This document shows, piece by piece, positions 12,934-26,788 of a stretch of DNA of 64,000 nt. Position 1 is the first letter of the stretch, and each line of letters starts with the position of its first letter. Position numbers and translations under genes: made by a program. This stretch comes from Balamuthia mandrillaris (lineage: Eukaryota): NCBI GenBank assembly GCA_031835245.2, contig JAVKOQ020000053.1:62001-126000 (forward strand), given 5' to 3'. Below the pieces are notes generated by a model that was not told where the DNA came from, searched no databases, and saw only the letters and a list, made by a program, of their open reading frames with translations.

Positions 12934-15900
12934 GTCAATATAGGTTAACTTAATAGAACTCTCAGGAACCGAAAAATTCCAGGAAGCTCTTGTAAGGGCA
13001 TTGGCACAGTATTTGAGAGCTTCCTTGTTAGTAATTGGAGACTTCAAGTTCGAAGCGGACGCCAAGAAGAATAAAAACGAGGGAACAACCACGGAATCCA
13101 AGCATGATGATAACAAGGAAGGACAAGACGAGTCGTCGCAAACTGCACACCAACAGCTTAAAGAAGATTCAAACGCGAAAGGCAAAGACAAAGTGGACGA
13201 CAAACCCGCAACAGATGATATAATGGATCTAGGTTCTGTGCTGGACAGCGACGCTCTTATTCTTGGGGCTCATCCGCCAGGTCTTCCGTTTGCTGGGATA
13301 CTCGACGCTGCAGAAGAGGCCGACAGTCTTATCGAAGAAACTGAGGACGATGACGAGTTGGACGATGAAGAACAGGATGAAGAGGATGCCTTTGATGAAG
13401 CCCTTATTGGCAACAACGAAGAGGACGAGGATGACCATGAAGATAGCTACATGGATGAGCTGTGGGAAGTTCCCACTGCAACGCCTGTGCCTCATTTCAA
13501 AAAGGGCGATAAGGTCCGGTTCATCGGCCCAACAGGCGCTGCAGCTTCACTCAATTCTGCTCAACCTCATTTTCTTCGTCTTCGAACTGGCCCTCGCAAC
13601 GGTGATAAAGGAGGTACTTTGAATTGCTACTTGAGACTTCCATTTTTTCTGGTGTCATTTTGTATTCACATCTTCGTTCATTTTGGTACAGTGGTTGTTC
13701 AGGAATATGTACATACAGGACTAATAAGTCACGCAGTGGGGGTACGCTTCGACAGACTTAGCGGAAGTAGTAACAGAGACAGCTTGCTTGGTGGAGATAA
13801 AAAAGATATTGGTGGGTTCAGCCTTCTTCGAGGTCGGAGACATGCCCGTGATTCCGATTCTTACTTGGTGGATCCCCGTCATCTCCAATTAGACTCTGAC
13901 AGCTCTAATAATCTCGAACGTTTGAACATGTACGTTTAGTTTTCTCTCTTTTCATGTCTGTTTACGTTTAAACTCGCTTGTCTCTCTCTGTTTGTTGCCG
14001 TGCTGTTTTGTGTCGTCGAACACTAATATTGTGTTGTTGTATCAACATAGGGAAGCATTCGTTGAGTTTATATCGGCCGCCGAGAGAGGGCCATGTATTG
14101 TCTTTATCAAGAATGTGGAAAAAACCATATTGTCCAACTATGAACGTTGCACCGAGCTTCAAACTCAGCTGGAGAAGCTTAACAACGCACCCGTTGTGAT
14201 TTTTGGATCTTCCTCACTTGCTGGACGTTCTGGCAAAGAAAAGGCCTCTCACTTTTTGCTCTCCCAACCAGGTATTTCTCTTTCTCTTTTATTTTTATTT
14301 TTCCCATTTCTCCCATCTTTCTTCGGCAATAAGTCTCACATTTTGTTTCAAAAGGACAACCCGCTTTTCTGGACTTCACATTTGCCGACCAATTATCTCG
14401 CATTGAGGAACGCGTTCGAGAATCATCAAAGTTATCCCGCGCTCTTCTCAAACTGTTTCCCAGCAGGATCACTCTCCACATGCCTAAGGAGGGAATGCCT
14501 CTCAGCAAATGGAACCAACAGATCGCCAAGGACAAGGAACGAATGCGGCAGGAGCAAAATATGAGCAGCATCAACGAGGTTCTTGCTCGCAATAATGTGG
14601 CCATCAACTCCAATGAGAAACCTGTTCGGCCGTCGTTGGTGAAAGAGGAGGTCTTTTCCTCGGAGAAAGTGGAAAAGATTGTTGCATGGGCGCTTACTCA
14701 TTATCTTAACAGCTCCGCTGATGCTGCTTCGTCTTCTGCGGCTTTATCTTCTGAATCTTTGAGCTCCCAAAACAAATTGTTGTTGTCTCCGCGAGCTATT
14801 GAGTATGGTATTAGAATGCTACATGAAGTGCATCCACCTTCTGATCAGGTATTTCTCCTTTATCCCTACACAGGAAACAAACCTACTTACCTCTCTCATA
14901 CACACATAGAAGCCATTACGAAACATACCGACTGAAAACGAATTCGAGAGAAAGTTGTTAGCAGATGTGATACCACCCAACAAAGTGGGCGTTCGCTTCG
15001 AGGACATTGGCGCTCTGGACAAAGTCAAAGAGACCCTCAAAGAGCTGGTCATGTTACCTCTCAAGCGGCCTGAGCTCTTCCGAAAGGGCAATCTCACCAA
15101 ACCCTGCAAGGGCATTCTCCTATTTGGCCCTCCCGGCACCGGCAAGACCATGCTAGCCAAAGCCGTCGCCACTGAATCCGGAGCCAACTTTCTCAGTATG
15201 TTGTATTTTATTCCCTTGCGTTCTTCTCTAACTCTTTTCTTTTCGTTTTTTTTTATTTTTTTACACATTAGATTGTTCGATGTCGAGCATTGGCTCGAAA
15301 TGGTTCGGTGAGGGAGAAAAGTATGCCAAAGCGGTCTTCACACTTGCTAGCAAGGTCTCTCCCTGCGTCATCTTCATAGACGAAGTGGATAGCATCCTCG
15401 GTTCCCGCGAGAAGCACGGCGAGCACGAGGCCATGCGCAAGATTAAGAATGAGTTTATGAGCATGTGGGATGGCCTCAAGAGCAAGGACAACGAGCGCAT
15501 CATCGTGATGGGCGCCACCAACCGCCCGTTTGACCTGGACGACGCCGTCCTCAGGAGAATGCCGCGCCGTCTTTTGGTGGATTTGCCAGATGCTGATAAC
15601 CGGGAGAAGATCTTGAGGGTCATACTGGCAAAGGAAGATCTGGTGGAAGGGTTTGACTTTGGGCAGGTAGCCAGTATGACAGAGGGATTCTCGGGTAGCG
15701 ACCTGAAGAATCTGTGTATCTCGGCCGCCTTTCGGCCCATTCGAGAAATTCTGGAGCGAGAAAAGGTATGTTGCTGTTTCTTTCTATTTTTCTGTTTTTC
15801 TTTTCTTTCCATTGCTTTTCGAAACTAAACTAACGCTTTTTTTTTTGGATTATCTAAGGCTGAGGAAGTACACAAACAAAAGACAGAGGAAAAAGCACCA

Positions 15901-16122
15901 ACAGTTGCAGAAGAGGAATACGAAGAGGAGGAGGAAGAAGAAAAGGAAAGAGAGGAGCCAACGGTGCGACCTCTCACTGTGCACGACTTTGAAATGGCAA
16001 AACAGGAGAACAGTGCGAGTGTACACGAGGACGCTCATGCCATCGCCGAATTACGCAAGTGGAACGAAATGTACGGAGAGGGCGGGAAGGCCAGCCGTCA
16101 TTCTCTGTCTTACTTTTTGTAA
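10411..16122 (+). CDS. Large AAA+ ATPase of the MSP1/ATAD1-related type with an N-terminal FHA-like domain, many exons
   Basis: C-terminal AAA domain: [75 protein letters not shown] degenerate first AAA ([10 protein letters not shown]) and an FHA-like segment ([27 protein letters not shown]) lie upstream. TAA 16120-16122. Confidence 0.85.
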
Positions 16123-16373
16123 GTAGAATCTTCTTTTCTTATATTGTTGAACGGACGAATTTACCTTTTCAAGATATTTAATTAATAAATATTCACAAAA
16201 TGGACCAATCGGAACGTAGTTCTACTAATTATATCCCCGAAAGGGAAAGGTTTAATTTTGTAATGTCCAACCAATTTATGTAATTTGAATGGTAGCATTG
16301 TTGTGGGGAGAAACCAAGTGTTTTAGGCGTTATAACACGCAAAGGCAGAGAACAACGAGAGAAAGAAAGAAGG

Positions 16374-17389
16374 ATGGATGCAGAGAGAGAGGAGACGTTG
16401 ACTTCGGGGGAAGAGAGAGACGACTTTTACGTTACACAAACTTCGGAAGACGAGTCATCGGGAAAGGATGGTTACTCGGAGGAACAGGCGACACCACATA
16501 AAGAACTGTTGGACAAAGATGAAGGCTTTCCTATAGCTCGTTGGCAACAACAATTTGACCGCATCTTATCCATGAATGACAACGAACGTTGTTGTGACTG
16601 CGGAAATCCAAGTTTGTACTTCCCATTTTTTTTGAGGGAAGCCGTTTCTTACTTATTGTTTTATATAGACCCGCGTTGGGCTTCTTTGACTTACGGCAAC
16701 TTGATCTGTATAAGATGTTCGGGCGTTCACCGCTCCATGGGCACTCATATTTCCAGAATACGGTCCCTCGAACTCGACAGTTGGAGCTATAACCAAGTCC
16801 AGGTTATTTCTTTTTCTTTTCTTCTCTTTCTCTTCTTTTTTTTAAAACTGCTTGTGATTGTTAAACAGACTTTGGACATGAATGGCAACGCTTTAACGAA
16901 TAAAATATTGGAGGGCAACATACCGCCCAGAGTGAGAAAGCCCAAACCGGATACTCCAAATGAGTAAGACAAACCAAAAATCTTCTTCTTTCACGCGTTC
17001 TGACAATGTCCGACAATTCATTTTTGAAACAAAAAACAATACAGGAAAGTAGAAAGATGGATTAGAGCCAAATACATAGACAAGAAGTATAAAGTCTCAG
17101 AAGAGGAAGAACAGCGGCTCAGAGAGGAGGCTTTGACCGCCATGTCCGAAAGCGAATGTGACCTAACATTGTCCGACGATACCAGTTTTGACAGTGGCAA
17201 CGAAAGCGATGGATTGAGTTCTCGTGAGCCATTTTCCTTCTTGTTCTTCCTCTTCTTCTTATTCTCCTCCTCCCGCACCTTACAAAAGCTTACCTCGTTA
17301 CTTTTTCATAGGGGTGTTCCGGCGCTATGATTCTGCTCCTTTGTTCGTTTTCCCTCTTTCTTCTATTTCACAGCTATTTAAACTTCTTA

Positions 17390-17420
<31 letters not shown>

Positions 17421-18183
17421 TAGAAAGCGAGCTTCCATGGTAAACAGGAAGTCATCCCCAGATATCAGAAAGCTTGGAAAAGTAGACTTTCGCCGGAGCT
17501 TCACTCCGAAAAAGTCCAACTCCGACATCACAGCGGCCGACCTGGAGGACCGTCGCGGCAGTCTTCCTGCTGTCTCTCACAGCGCTGACAGCACGCTGTG
17601 GAGCACTCTCTCGGCAGAGTGGAACAGCGGCGGACTGGATGAGGATCTGTTGAAGAAGCAGCAGGAGGAGAGGAACAGGATGATCAAGGAGGCGAAGAAC
17701 AAGAAGCGGTTGCAGGAGCAGAAGAAGAGGGAGGAGGAGGCCAAGCTCCTAAGCCATGTCTCGGGAGGATTGATCACTGTGGCGCCAAAGAAGACCGCCA
17801 AGGAGAAGGAACGTCTGAAGAAACTAAAGCAGAAAGAGAAGGAACGAAAAGAAAAAGAAAAGCGCGAGAAGAAGTTACTAAAGAAACAACCACAACAAGA
17901 CAAAGACAAAGATGCCAAGACAAAGACTAAACCAGACGAAGGAGCCAAACAACAAAACAAGCACCAACAGGACGTCGATGCAAACGTAAACAAACACCCA
18001 TTCCAGCTGCAGCTTCCGCAAGAACCACAACAACAAAGCAAAGAACTGAAGCTAAACGCTGAACCAAATGTAATTCCACGACCCCAACTTTTGGGGGACG
18101 CACCCCTCTCTCCCACTCGTCGAGCCCCTCCGGCTCGCCCTCCTCCTCCTCTTCCTGTCCCGCAACGATCACAGCAGCAGTAA
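16374..18183 (+). CDS. ArfGAP domain protein with a charged, Pro-rich C-terminus, multi-exon
   Basis: [49 protein letters not shown] contains the CxxC-x16-CxxC-x4-R zinc finger; [11 protein letters not shown] follows. Confidence 0.9.
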
Positions 18184-18393
18184 TTATACTGCTTTCGCTC
18201 TTCTTTTTAATTTCGAGATTGAATATAGCTTTGCTGCACTTTGTACTTACATGCCCAGACCAGGATGAGAGGGACAAGAGGGGGGAAGGGAAGAGAACGA
18301 GAGAGAGAGAGAGAGAGAGAGAGACGAAAGTATGTGTGCATTTCTTTTATATTTTAGTTCAACAAAAACAAAAAAAAACGGCAAAGATGATGG

Positions 18394-21300
18394 TTAGATG
18401 AAGAGTTCAAGTTCGGTTCTGCGACACTCCGGCACGATAGGATAAGCCGGCACCAAGGCGTCCTGCGCTCCAATATAAAGCATGTTATAGATCTTCCAGT
18501 AAATATCCCTCACCTTCCTCGCCGGATGGAACAGCCCCTGAATGGTGTAGTAAAGAACGGTGGTAGGTCCCAAGGCAACTCGCATGCCCTCCACCGCCTC
18601 CATCACCGCGTTGATCACGTGAGGAGAGGTTTCAAAGATGTTTGGCCAAACGTGGTTGAGGAGGTGCAGCATGGCGTCCTCGCAGCTGAGCCCCTGCACG
18701 CCCAACGCCATGTGCTTCACCACAGTGCAGGCGGTCTGTCGATGGACGAGATCTCGGTCGATGAGAGCATCCTCCAACAAGGGCACGACGGCATAGCAAT
18801 AGTCCTTGCCCATCTCGCCTATGTACTCAAAGAGAAAAGATAAGGCCTTGAGCACGCCGTTCTGCACGTTCAACTCGGGCACTCGGTACTCGTTCATGAG
18901 AGCGGGCAGAACAGTAAAAGGTTGACAGGTCTCGGCCACGATGGCGATGGCGACAGTAGTACAGACGCGGTTCTGCCGCTCCTGCACTTTGAGGTTGTTG
19001 AGCAAGGTGGCAAGTACGTCCTGCGGGCCGATGGCTTTGGCGATGTAGCCAAAGGTGTTCACGGTGGCACGGCGGATGCCTTTCTTGTGGGCCTTCAGCA
19101 TCTCCAGCAGCTCGAAACAGATGCGCATCCACTCCCTTGGGCTCACGTACTCTGCTCCTCTGTCGGCTATACGGCCCACCAGATCAATGCAGTTCTCTTG
19201 TACTTTCTCGTGACGATTCTTGAGGATAGGGGTGAGACGAGGCAGCAAGTCCTTAATTGGGGGAGTCATCTTCTCCATGCCGATCACGTTGACGATGGCT
19301 TTGAGGCCTGCCAAGATGGAGCCCAACACTTCGGGGTATTCCTCTCCAAGGAACTCGTACAGGACAACGCCCAAACGACCCATCAGCTTCTCCTCTCCAC
19401 AGCGCTTCATGACGACGGCGATCCTGGAGATGAGGTCAGCAGCTTGCTGCCGCACTTTGGCACTCTTGTTGTTCAAGCGGAAGAGGATGATACCGCAGAT
19501 TTGGGGGAAGTAGTCCTTGGCGCGGGTACCCAGCGAGTTGATGACCGTGCCAAAGCCAGTGAGCATAACTTGAGAATCATCCGAGGTTTGTTCCTGGAAG
19601 GCATAGAGGATGCCGTCAATGAGCTGTACTTCCAAGCGATGGTCAATCTCCGAGGTGCCAAGGTTGCCCACCACCTTGTCGATGGTTTCCATGACCATTT
19701 TGCGATAGGGCTCCGACTCGTCCTTGAGGTCATCCACGATGCGGGAGATGATTTCGGCGGCACCGACGTTATTGGCGAGCTCCACGGTGGTCTCCACCAG
19801 CTGCTTGTAGTTACGGCGGTCCAAAGCCATGCGGCGCACCCAAAAGGACTTGAAGAACGGAGCAAGGATCTTGGCTTTGACGAAAGCAGGAGTGACGCCC
19901 TCCGTAGCCACACACTGCTTCACCACCTTCAACACGATCTTCTTCATTTCCTCGTCGGGGCTGGAGAATTCCTTGATGAGGGTGTCCATCACTTCGTTGG
20001 TGTAGTAGCTGGCATATTCGGCGTCCATAAGAGGGATAATGTAGCCGATGGCTTTGAGGAAGGCGGCAAGACCTTTGCCTCGATGCTTCCTAATGCCGTA
20101 CCACAAGGGCTTCAGCACGCAGTCAAAGGATTCGATGCCGTAGGGCGTGGCTGCCTCCGCCAAAGCTGCCACAGCAAGCGCCGTAATGGTCCTGACTTTT
20201 TGCTGCTCATCCTCCAACCCATGCTTAATGATCTCCACCAACTGCTTGAGATGAGGGAGGATGGCGCACCCCATGAGAATGGCGATTTGTTGCACGATCT
20301 TAATACCAGTGTGACGCGCCTGCCAGCTCTTCTTGCTTTGGCAGACAGCTTTGAGGAAAGGAAGTAGAGCGGGGATGCCCAGAGCGGAGGCCACCACAGA
20401 GAAGGCCCTCGCCGTTGTGTTTCGCACATACTCATCTGTGTTATCGATGTCGGGCCTCATGGTGGCTATCATAGTGGCCAGACCAGCTGCTTTGCTGAGG
20501 TTGGATATGATCTCACGGCCCTCCACACGTGCATAGTAGTCCTCGTCGATGAGGAGAGGCTCTATCACTACCAATATCTTGTGCACAAAAGGCCGCACCA
20601 AGTCATCCAATTTGTACAAGATACGGTCGATGACTTTGACCAGCAAATGCCGCTCCTGATCCTCCAACGTTGGACTCATCAACAAGGGTAAGATCTGATG
20701 GAACAAAGGTCCCGGTCCAAACTCTCTGGCCTTATCCGTGATTTGTCGCAGGGCCTGCTTACGCATGGGCGGAGTGCCATTCTTAATCCTCAGTAGCAGC
20801 TTCATGATCTTCCGGTCTTTCTGCTCCTCTGCCGAGAGGTCCTCCTCGTTAACCTCCTCCAACAATGCCCCAAAGTAAGGCCTGTCCTCTGGCTTGATGC
20901 CTGGCAGATTACCTCCAGCAGGCGCCTCCACTCCATAGTCCTTCGCGGCAGCCGCTCCACTGATTTGCTCCTCCTCTGAAAGCATCATGAACTCGCCACC
21001 AGCGCTGGCGTGCATTGGCGTTGGCGTCCATGTGATCTTCCTGGCAGGAGTTCTGATGGGTTGGTAGCTGGGAGGCGGCTCCAGAATGATGTAGCCCTCA
21101 CTGGGAAAGAGAGCGTCCAGCTCCTCATCCGTCCAGGGCTTGTTGCGCTCATCCACGTCCTTCTCCCAACGCATGGCGTGCATTTGCTCAGGTGTCATGA
21201 GGCGAAGCTGCCCTGGCGTTGGTGTTTGGATGTTGGCAAAGTTACCAACGGGAGTGGCTCCGCCATAGGCAGCGCTGCCAACAACAGGAGTGGCGCCGGC

Positions 21301-21882
21301 ACCAGCCGCACCAACGACCGGTGTCTCATCCCAACGAGACCGCTTTCTAGGGGTGGCGCCGGGAGTGGCGTCTCCCCATTCGGCGCCTTTCTTGGGGGTC
21401 TCGTCCCAACGGCTGGTGCGTGAGGGAGTGGCGCCACCATCCGCAGAAGGACCGGCTGGGGTCTCATCCCATCGGTTTCGTCTTCTTCGCGAGGAGGGCG
21501 TAGCGCTGGCAGCGTCCTCCCAGCTGCTGCCACTGTCGCTTTGGCCTTGTGTTGTTGTGGGCTGGTCGTCAATGTCATCCCAACGCGATCGTTGTGAGGT
21601 TGAGCTGCTGCTGCCTCCGCCGTTGCTCGACTCATCTCCGTCTTCTCCATCAGCTATTTGCGGCGTCTCGTCCCATCTTCTCCGCTTCTTTCGTGGTGGC
21701 GTGGTGGGTTGGGTTGTCTGTGCTTCTTTGATTTGCTTCTTTGTGGCTCGCTCTTCTTCCTCCTCCCCTTCTACGGGCAGTTCGTTGACGTAGTCCTCCG
21801 AGGTGGGGGCTTCCCCTCCGTAGAGATCCTGATCAAAGTGTTCTCCAGCGCTGGTCAGCGCTACTTTGTCCTTTTTGGACAT
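18394..21882 (-). CDS. SF3B1: Splicing factor 3B subunit 1 (U2 snRNP, HEAT repeats), single exon
   Basis: 1162-aa uninterrupted ORF with RWDETP ULM repeats, the p14-binding region ([12 protein letters not shown]) and HEAT repeats closely matching SF3B1/Hsh155 ([30 protein letters not shown]). Confidence 0.98.
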   Translation of the reverse strand: MSKKDKVALTSAGEHFDQDLYGGEAPTSEDYVNELPVEGEEEEERATKKQIKEAQTTQPTTPPRKKRRRWDETPQIADGEDGDESSNGGGSSSSTSQRSRWDDIDDQPTTTQGQSDSGSSWEDAASATPSSRRRRNRWDETPAGPSADGGATPSRTSRWDETPKKGAEWGDATPGATPRKRSRWDETPVVGAAGAGATPVVGSAAYGGATPVGNFANIQTPTPGQLRLMTPEQMHAMRWEKDVDERNKPWTDEELDALFPSEGYIILEPPPSYQPIRTPARKITWTPTPMHASAGGEFMMLSEEEQISGAAAAKDYGVEAPAGGNLPGIKPEDRPYFGALLEEVNEEDLSAEEQKDRKIMKLLLRIKNGTPPMRKQALRQITDKAREFGPGPLFHQILPLLMSPTLEDQERHLLVKVIDRILYKLDDLVRPFVHKILVVIEPLLIDEDYYARVEGREIISNLSKAAGLATMIATMRPDIDNTDEYVRNTTARAFSVVASALGIPALLPFLKAVCQSKKSWQARHTGIKIVQQIAILMGCAILPHLKQLVEIIKHGLEDEQQKVRTITALAVAALAEAATPYGIESFDCVLKPLWYGIRKHRGKGLAAFLKAIGYIIPLMDAEYASYYTNEVMDTLIKEFSSPDEEMKKIVLKVVKQCVATEGVTPAFVKAKILAPFFKSFWVRRMALDRRNYKQLVETTVELANNVGAAEIISRIVDDLKDESEPYRKMVMETIDKVVGNLGTSEIDHRLEVQLIDGILYAFQEQTSDDSQVMLTGFGTVINSLGTRAKDYFPQICGIILFRLNNKSAKVRQQAADLISRIAVVMKRCGEEKLMGRLGVVLYEFLGEEYPEVLGSILAGLKAIVNVIGMEKMTPPIKDLLPRLTPILKNRHEKVQENCIDLVGRIADRGAEYVSPREWMRICFELLEMLKAHKKGIRRATVNTFGYIAKAIGPQDVLATLLNNLKVQERQNRVCTTVAIAIVAETCQPFTVLPALMNEYRVPELNVQNGVLKALSFLFEYIGEMGKDYCYAVVPLLEDALIDRDLVHRQTACTVVKHMALGVQGLSCEDAMLHLLNHVWPNIFETSPHVINAVMEAVEGMRVALGPTTVLYYTIQGLFHPARKVRDIYWKIYNMLYIGAQDALVPAYPIVPECRRTELELFI

Positions 21883-22361
21883 CGTGTGTATTTCTTTTTT
21901 TTTTTCTTATCTCCCGCGACCAAGCTTCTCTAAACCCAAAAAATAAATTGTAAAAAAAACCAACAACAGTGAGAGTAGGGTTCCTTTCACACCAAACGAA
22001 CAAAACAATTCAACCCCCCCCCACTAACGTCGTTCGCCGTAGAATCCAGAACAAGCGGCCAACGCTGACCACTCTTTCGCTCTCCCTTCTTTCTTTGTTT
22101 TGTGAATTATCGTCGACAAAAAGTTCTCATACTATTCCGCATGACCCCTCGCTAGTTTCTTCATGTCGTCACGAATCCACCCCCCAAGCAGTCGACAAAA
22201 ACCGATTGGTAGAATATTCATGTCGTCACAACATCAAAATGTAGTTCGTGTCGACAGGTAATGACTTGGAGATTTTTTTTTTTCTTTGCCGAAATAATTG
22301 AAGCAACGAAACCATTTGAACTCCAAACAACAACAACAACCGGGAGGAAGGGGAGCAGAGG

Positions 22362-22590
22362 ATGCTGGACTTCCTCAAAGGTAGGAGCAACAGCGAGGCT
22401 GAACAGGTGCAGAACAACTTGAAGCGTGCCGGCGAGCTGCTCGCCTTATGCCATTGCTACAAAGAACAGGCGAAGGTGAAGTCGGAGGTGGGCTCCGTGT
22501 TGAAGGCCTACCCTTCCCTGCAACCACAGTTCATTCCCTATGGTATGCCCGGCGCTTCTCCTCTCTTTTTCTTTACTACTTTTTTGATTT

Positions 22591-22633
<43 letters not shown>

Positions 22634-24223
22634 GTTATTTTCTCTATACAGCTTTATAGCTTTCTAAATTTCATCTTTTCGTCTCTATCGTGTTCGCTCC
22701 TTCTGCTCACGTTTCGTTGGCATACAATCCAAACCGCAACCACAAACAACACATGTTGAACCCGGCTAGCACAAGGCCGAAAGCCGGTGATAGTGCTGAT
22801 AGGAACGCTGCCCGTCCCCTTTCAACACCGCACCGAACCCATTTCGGTGCAGATCTGGCTGGTGGAGGGCTTTCCGCTCGTGGCCCCCGTTTGTCAGGTC
22901 ATAGCGACCGCGGCGTGGGCCCAACCTTCTTCTGCTCCTGCCTGCTCCCTCAAGGCGAACCACAAGTACATGGCACGCAACGGGCTGTGCTACCTCCCCT
23001 CTCTGCGTCAATGGAACCCAAAGACGAGTCGTCTCAAGGCCACGGTGTCGGAGATGGTTCGTATCTTCTCGTCGGAATTTCCTTACGTTCGTGTTGCCGC
23101 TGCTCCTTTTCCTCCTCGCTCTGTCTCAGTTCCTCCTCCGTCTGCCGCTGCTTCCTCTTTCGCTGCTGCATTTCAGCTGCCTCCTCCACCGACTTCGATT
23201 CCTCCTCCGACAACAACAATGACGATGGCCCCTCCTTTGTCGGCAGCAGGCGCTTCTTCCTTTCCTTCTCCTTCATTGACGATGTTGCCACCGCACTTGC
23301 GTGCTCCTCCTCATACTTCAACTTCTCTGTCTTCTTTTGCACCTCCTCTTTCTTCTTATGCTGTTCCTCCTCCCTCTCATCATCCACAACAACAACAAGT
23401 GTATCAGCCCCACCAACAACACCAATCCTTTCAGCAACCACCGCCATCACAGTATCGACAACAAACACCCTATTACAACCATCCATCACAACCACAACTC
23501 TCCTCTCCATACCAACAACCACAACAGCATTATCCACAACAATCTTATCAGCAACAGCATCAACAACACCAACAGCAATATCAACAGCAATCGATGCAGC
23601 AGGAGAAGACTACTGACGAAAAAACAAAAGACTTGGAGAGCATGCTGGTAGAGAGGGCGGCATTCTTAAACGCTGTCATTTACAGCCATCACGAGAAGGT
23701 GATGACCATTTTTGTTTGTTTATTTGTTTTCTCCTATTCGGTGGTCATTCTGTTATAGTGAACTTATTGCTATATGCACATGACGTTAACATGCAGGCAC
23801 TGTGGCAGAAGGAACTGGAAAGCACAACATATCTATCGGATGATATTGAGCTTTGGCTTGGTCAAAACGGGAATTCGGACTCTCTTCAACAACACTATTC
23901 CAGTTTCACCACTCCAAACGATCCAAATACTGCCAAGTCAGTCCCTTCTCTCTCTCTCTCTCTCTCTCTCTTCTCATCTCTTAACTCTGCTCTCTCTCTC
24001 TTCTGATTTCATATGTTGTAGAAAGTTAGAGTTGGAAGCGGAGGACCTAGCTTTGGATGATGCAATGTACTATCTGGAAAAGGCGCTGTCTCAAGCCGTT
24101 ATAGAGCTGCCGGACTTCATAAAGCTAACCAGAAAGTTAGCTCGTCAACAGTTCTTGCTCAGAGCTCAGATACTCAAGTTGTCTGAAGTTGATGCTGTCT
24201 GTCACAAAAGCAACATGAGTTAA
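22362..24223 (+). CDS. TSG101: TSG101/Vps23-like ESCRT-I subunit (UEV domain, Pro/Gln-rich linker, Vps23 core), multi-exon
   Basis: UEV: LIGTLPVPF...ISVQIWLVEGFPLVAPVC...HKYMARNGLCYLPSLRQW. Steadiness box: AEDLALDDAMYYLEKAL...IELPDFIKLTRKLARQQFLLRA. Confidence 0.85.
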
Positions 24224-24306
24224 CTATTCTTCCATCCTTTTTCACGAGAGAAGTGAAAACGAGAGAGTGAAGCAGATGGCTGAGAACGGAGAAGATGTGA
24301 TGGTTG

Positions 24307-26788
24307 TTATTGTTCCACCGCAAAGAGAGCAGAAGGGAGAGAAGCAAAAGATGGAGGTTTCGATAAACGTGTACCAACGGACGATGACGATGATGATTGT
24401 GGCCGAGTATCATTCTGATCCTTTGAATTTTTCGTTCTTGCGTCTTCTCTTCCTTTTCCCTCTTCTTTTCGTTCCTCTATAACGATGGGAGAAGACAAAG
24501 ATGACAAAGTTGGAGTAGGAGAAGATAGAGGAAGAGGAAGTAAAGTAGAAGAGAGACCTGTTATATCTCCGGAGTGAAGCCTTCGTTGTAGCTCATCTCC
24601 GAACCACGCCAAACTTTCTTGCTTCTGGAAAAACCGAATGCAGCTTAGCAATGCATTCACTCGTGTATATGGCTGCATAAAAGGAGAATAATGAGAAGAG
24701 GAAAAAACCGAACAAAAAAACTAAGAGAAATGGGACAACGAGATAATACGTGTTTAATAGCCAAGGCATGCCGCAACATGAGTAAGCCATGATCAACAGG
24801 ACGTTCTAAGTGGCGGTAGAGAGCCATCAGCTCCATTTGTGAGTCGAGGCTTTGGCGGGCGTAATGATTTATGTACAGGCCCAATACTTCTGGCCGCGTT
24901 GTTATTATGTTGAAGAAAAGTGGTTGAGAGAGTGTGTTCTATATTAAATAACATGTTAGTCACAAAACAAGAAGAATGGAGAAACGAGAAGAAAAGAAGA
25001 AGATGAAAAACAAACCCGAAGAAACAGGAGTAAACTCATAATAACATGAGGATCGCCAGTTTCGATGCCAGCATCCAACAGCTCAATCTTGTCGGCCAAA
25101 CTGGTGAACGAGTGCATCTGAAGACAACTGGCTCCAGTTTGCAGTTGGTTGACGACGTGTTGTGGAGACAGCTGATGCCGAAGAGAATCGGAGAGCTCCT
25201 TTTCTTTGTGCTTCAGTCGTGTGTTTTCACGTTCTAGCTCATCCTCTGTCTCCAACTTTCTATTCAGCTCTTCTATCAGCATTACCTTTTCTTCAAGAGC
25301 GCTCTGCAAAACAAAGTATCAGCACAATGAAGCGTTAAAAACAAGCATAGAAAGAGAGACCTTCAAGTCCTCTTGGAAGAAAGCGATAATCTCCCGGAGA
25401 GACTTGACCTCATCCTCTCTCGTCATTTGTTGCCTTTTCAATACTTGTATATTCTCCTTCAACTTCTCGTTCTCCTCCACGATTGCTAACACCTCCATTC
25501 CTCCACCTCCGTCGGAGCCTACACCGGTAGAAGAGGAGAGCTTGTTGAGTTTGCTGATCGTCTCCACGTAAATAGCTTTCAACCCGTCAAACTCTTGTTG
25601 AAGAGCTTTGTTTTGTTCCACAAGAATGGCTTCCTGGTTCATTTGCTGGTTGAGATTGGCCACTAAGACTTCTTTTTCTTCTAGCCCTGACTGAAACTTG
25701 GCTTCCATTTCGATTGCCTTCCTTTTGTATTGATCTCTTTCTCCTGCATGTTGGTTGCATTTTTGTATTTCAGATACCGCATAAAGAAGAACAATAGAGA
25801 AACAAATAATCAAGAGAGAGAAAGGAAACCAAGAAAGCAGAAAGAAAGACGAACGCAATAACTTGGAAAGCATAGCAACGCTCTCATCGTCATTGTCAAT
25901 ACTGTCCAATTGCTGCTGCTGGAGCGCACTAGCGGAGAAAGCAGAAGACACAAAGGAAGGCCATTGACCCGCCACTCCAACATGCCTATCATTGCTACTA
26001 CTAGCACTGCCATTGTTGCTACTCGAATGGTGCGAAGAGCTCCTCGTGCGTTCTTCTTCCTTCTCGGTGGTTCGTGGTGACCTCTTGTCGTGGTGGTGAT
26101 TGTGTGGTGCTGCTGGAATAGAGGAGAAGGAGGTGGCCGAAGCTCTCGAAGTGGAGGGAGGTGACGATGAAGAGGAAGAGGAGAGGGACACGACAGAGGT
26201 TGGCGAGGAAAGATAAGGAGAAGGATAGGCAGCGTGACCTTTGCAGCCCTCCTCTCCCTCTTCCTCCTCCTCTTCTCTTGCCTCCACCTCCACCTCCTCT
26301 TCCGAGGAGGGAGCATGAAAGGAGAGCCGTGCCACCTGCACCGGCGGGAGCGACAACCGACCCACAGCACCGCCGTTGCTGCTCCTGCCTCCGCCACTGC
26401 CACCACCGCCTCTGCTGCTCACCGTTGCTGTGGCTGTCACAGTGGCCGCTTTTGCGAGGTGGTGTTGCGGTGGTGGTGGTTGAGGCAGTGTCGATCGCTC
26501 CTCGAGGTCTTCCACATCGGAGAGGGAGGAAAGGAAGGTGGTTGTGGCGGGTCGCACCCGTCGAACCCTTCTCCAGGTGCCGCTGCGCGTCTCCTGAGGG
26601 GGACCTCGTTCATGGTTGTTGTTGTCCTTTGAGGAGGAAGAGGAGGAGTGGTCAGAGGCGTCCCCTTCGTCGTCGGTGCGGACGGCAGAGATTCGCTTGC
26701 CGGAGGAGAAGAGGTCCTTGACGGAACGCCGTTCTTTGCTCTGCGCTAATTTACCGCTCCCCACCTGCGTGCTCCACCGTTTGAGCAT
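24307..26788 (-). CDS. Coiled-coil protein with a VIPAS39/SPE-39-like C-terminal region, multi-exon
   Basis: SFTSLADKIELLDAGIETGDPHVIMSLLLFLR|..TLSQPLFF resembles VIPAS39 (FRSLQDKLQLLEEAV..DGNVITAVLIFLKRTLS). Long Ser-rich N-terminus and coiled coil. Start codon uncertain. Confidence 0.55.

Noticed and set aside
18922..20367. 481-aa + strand ORF
   Set aside because: Antisense shadow of SF3B1 caused by codon bias; no recognisable motifs.
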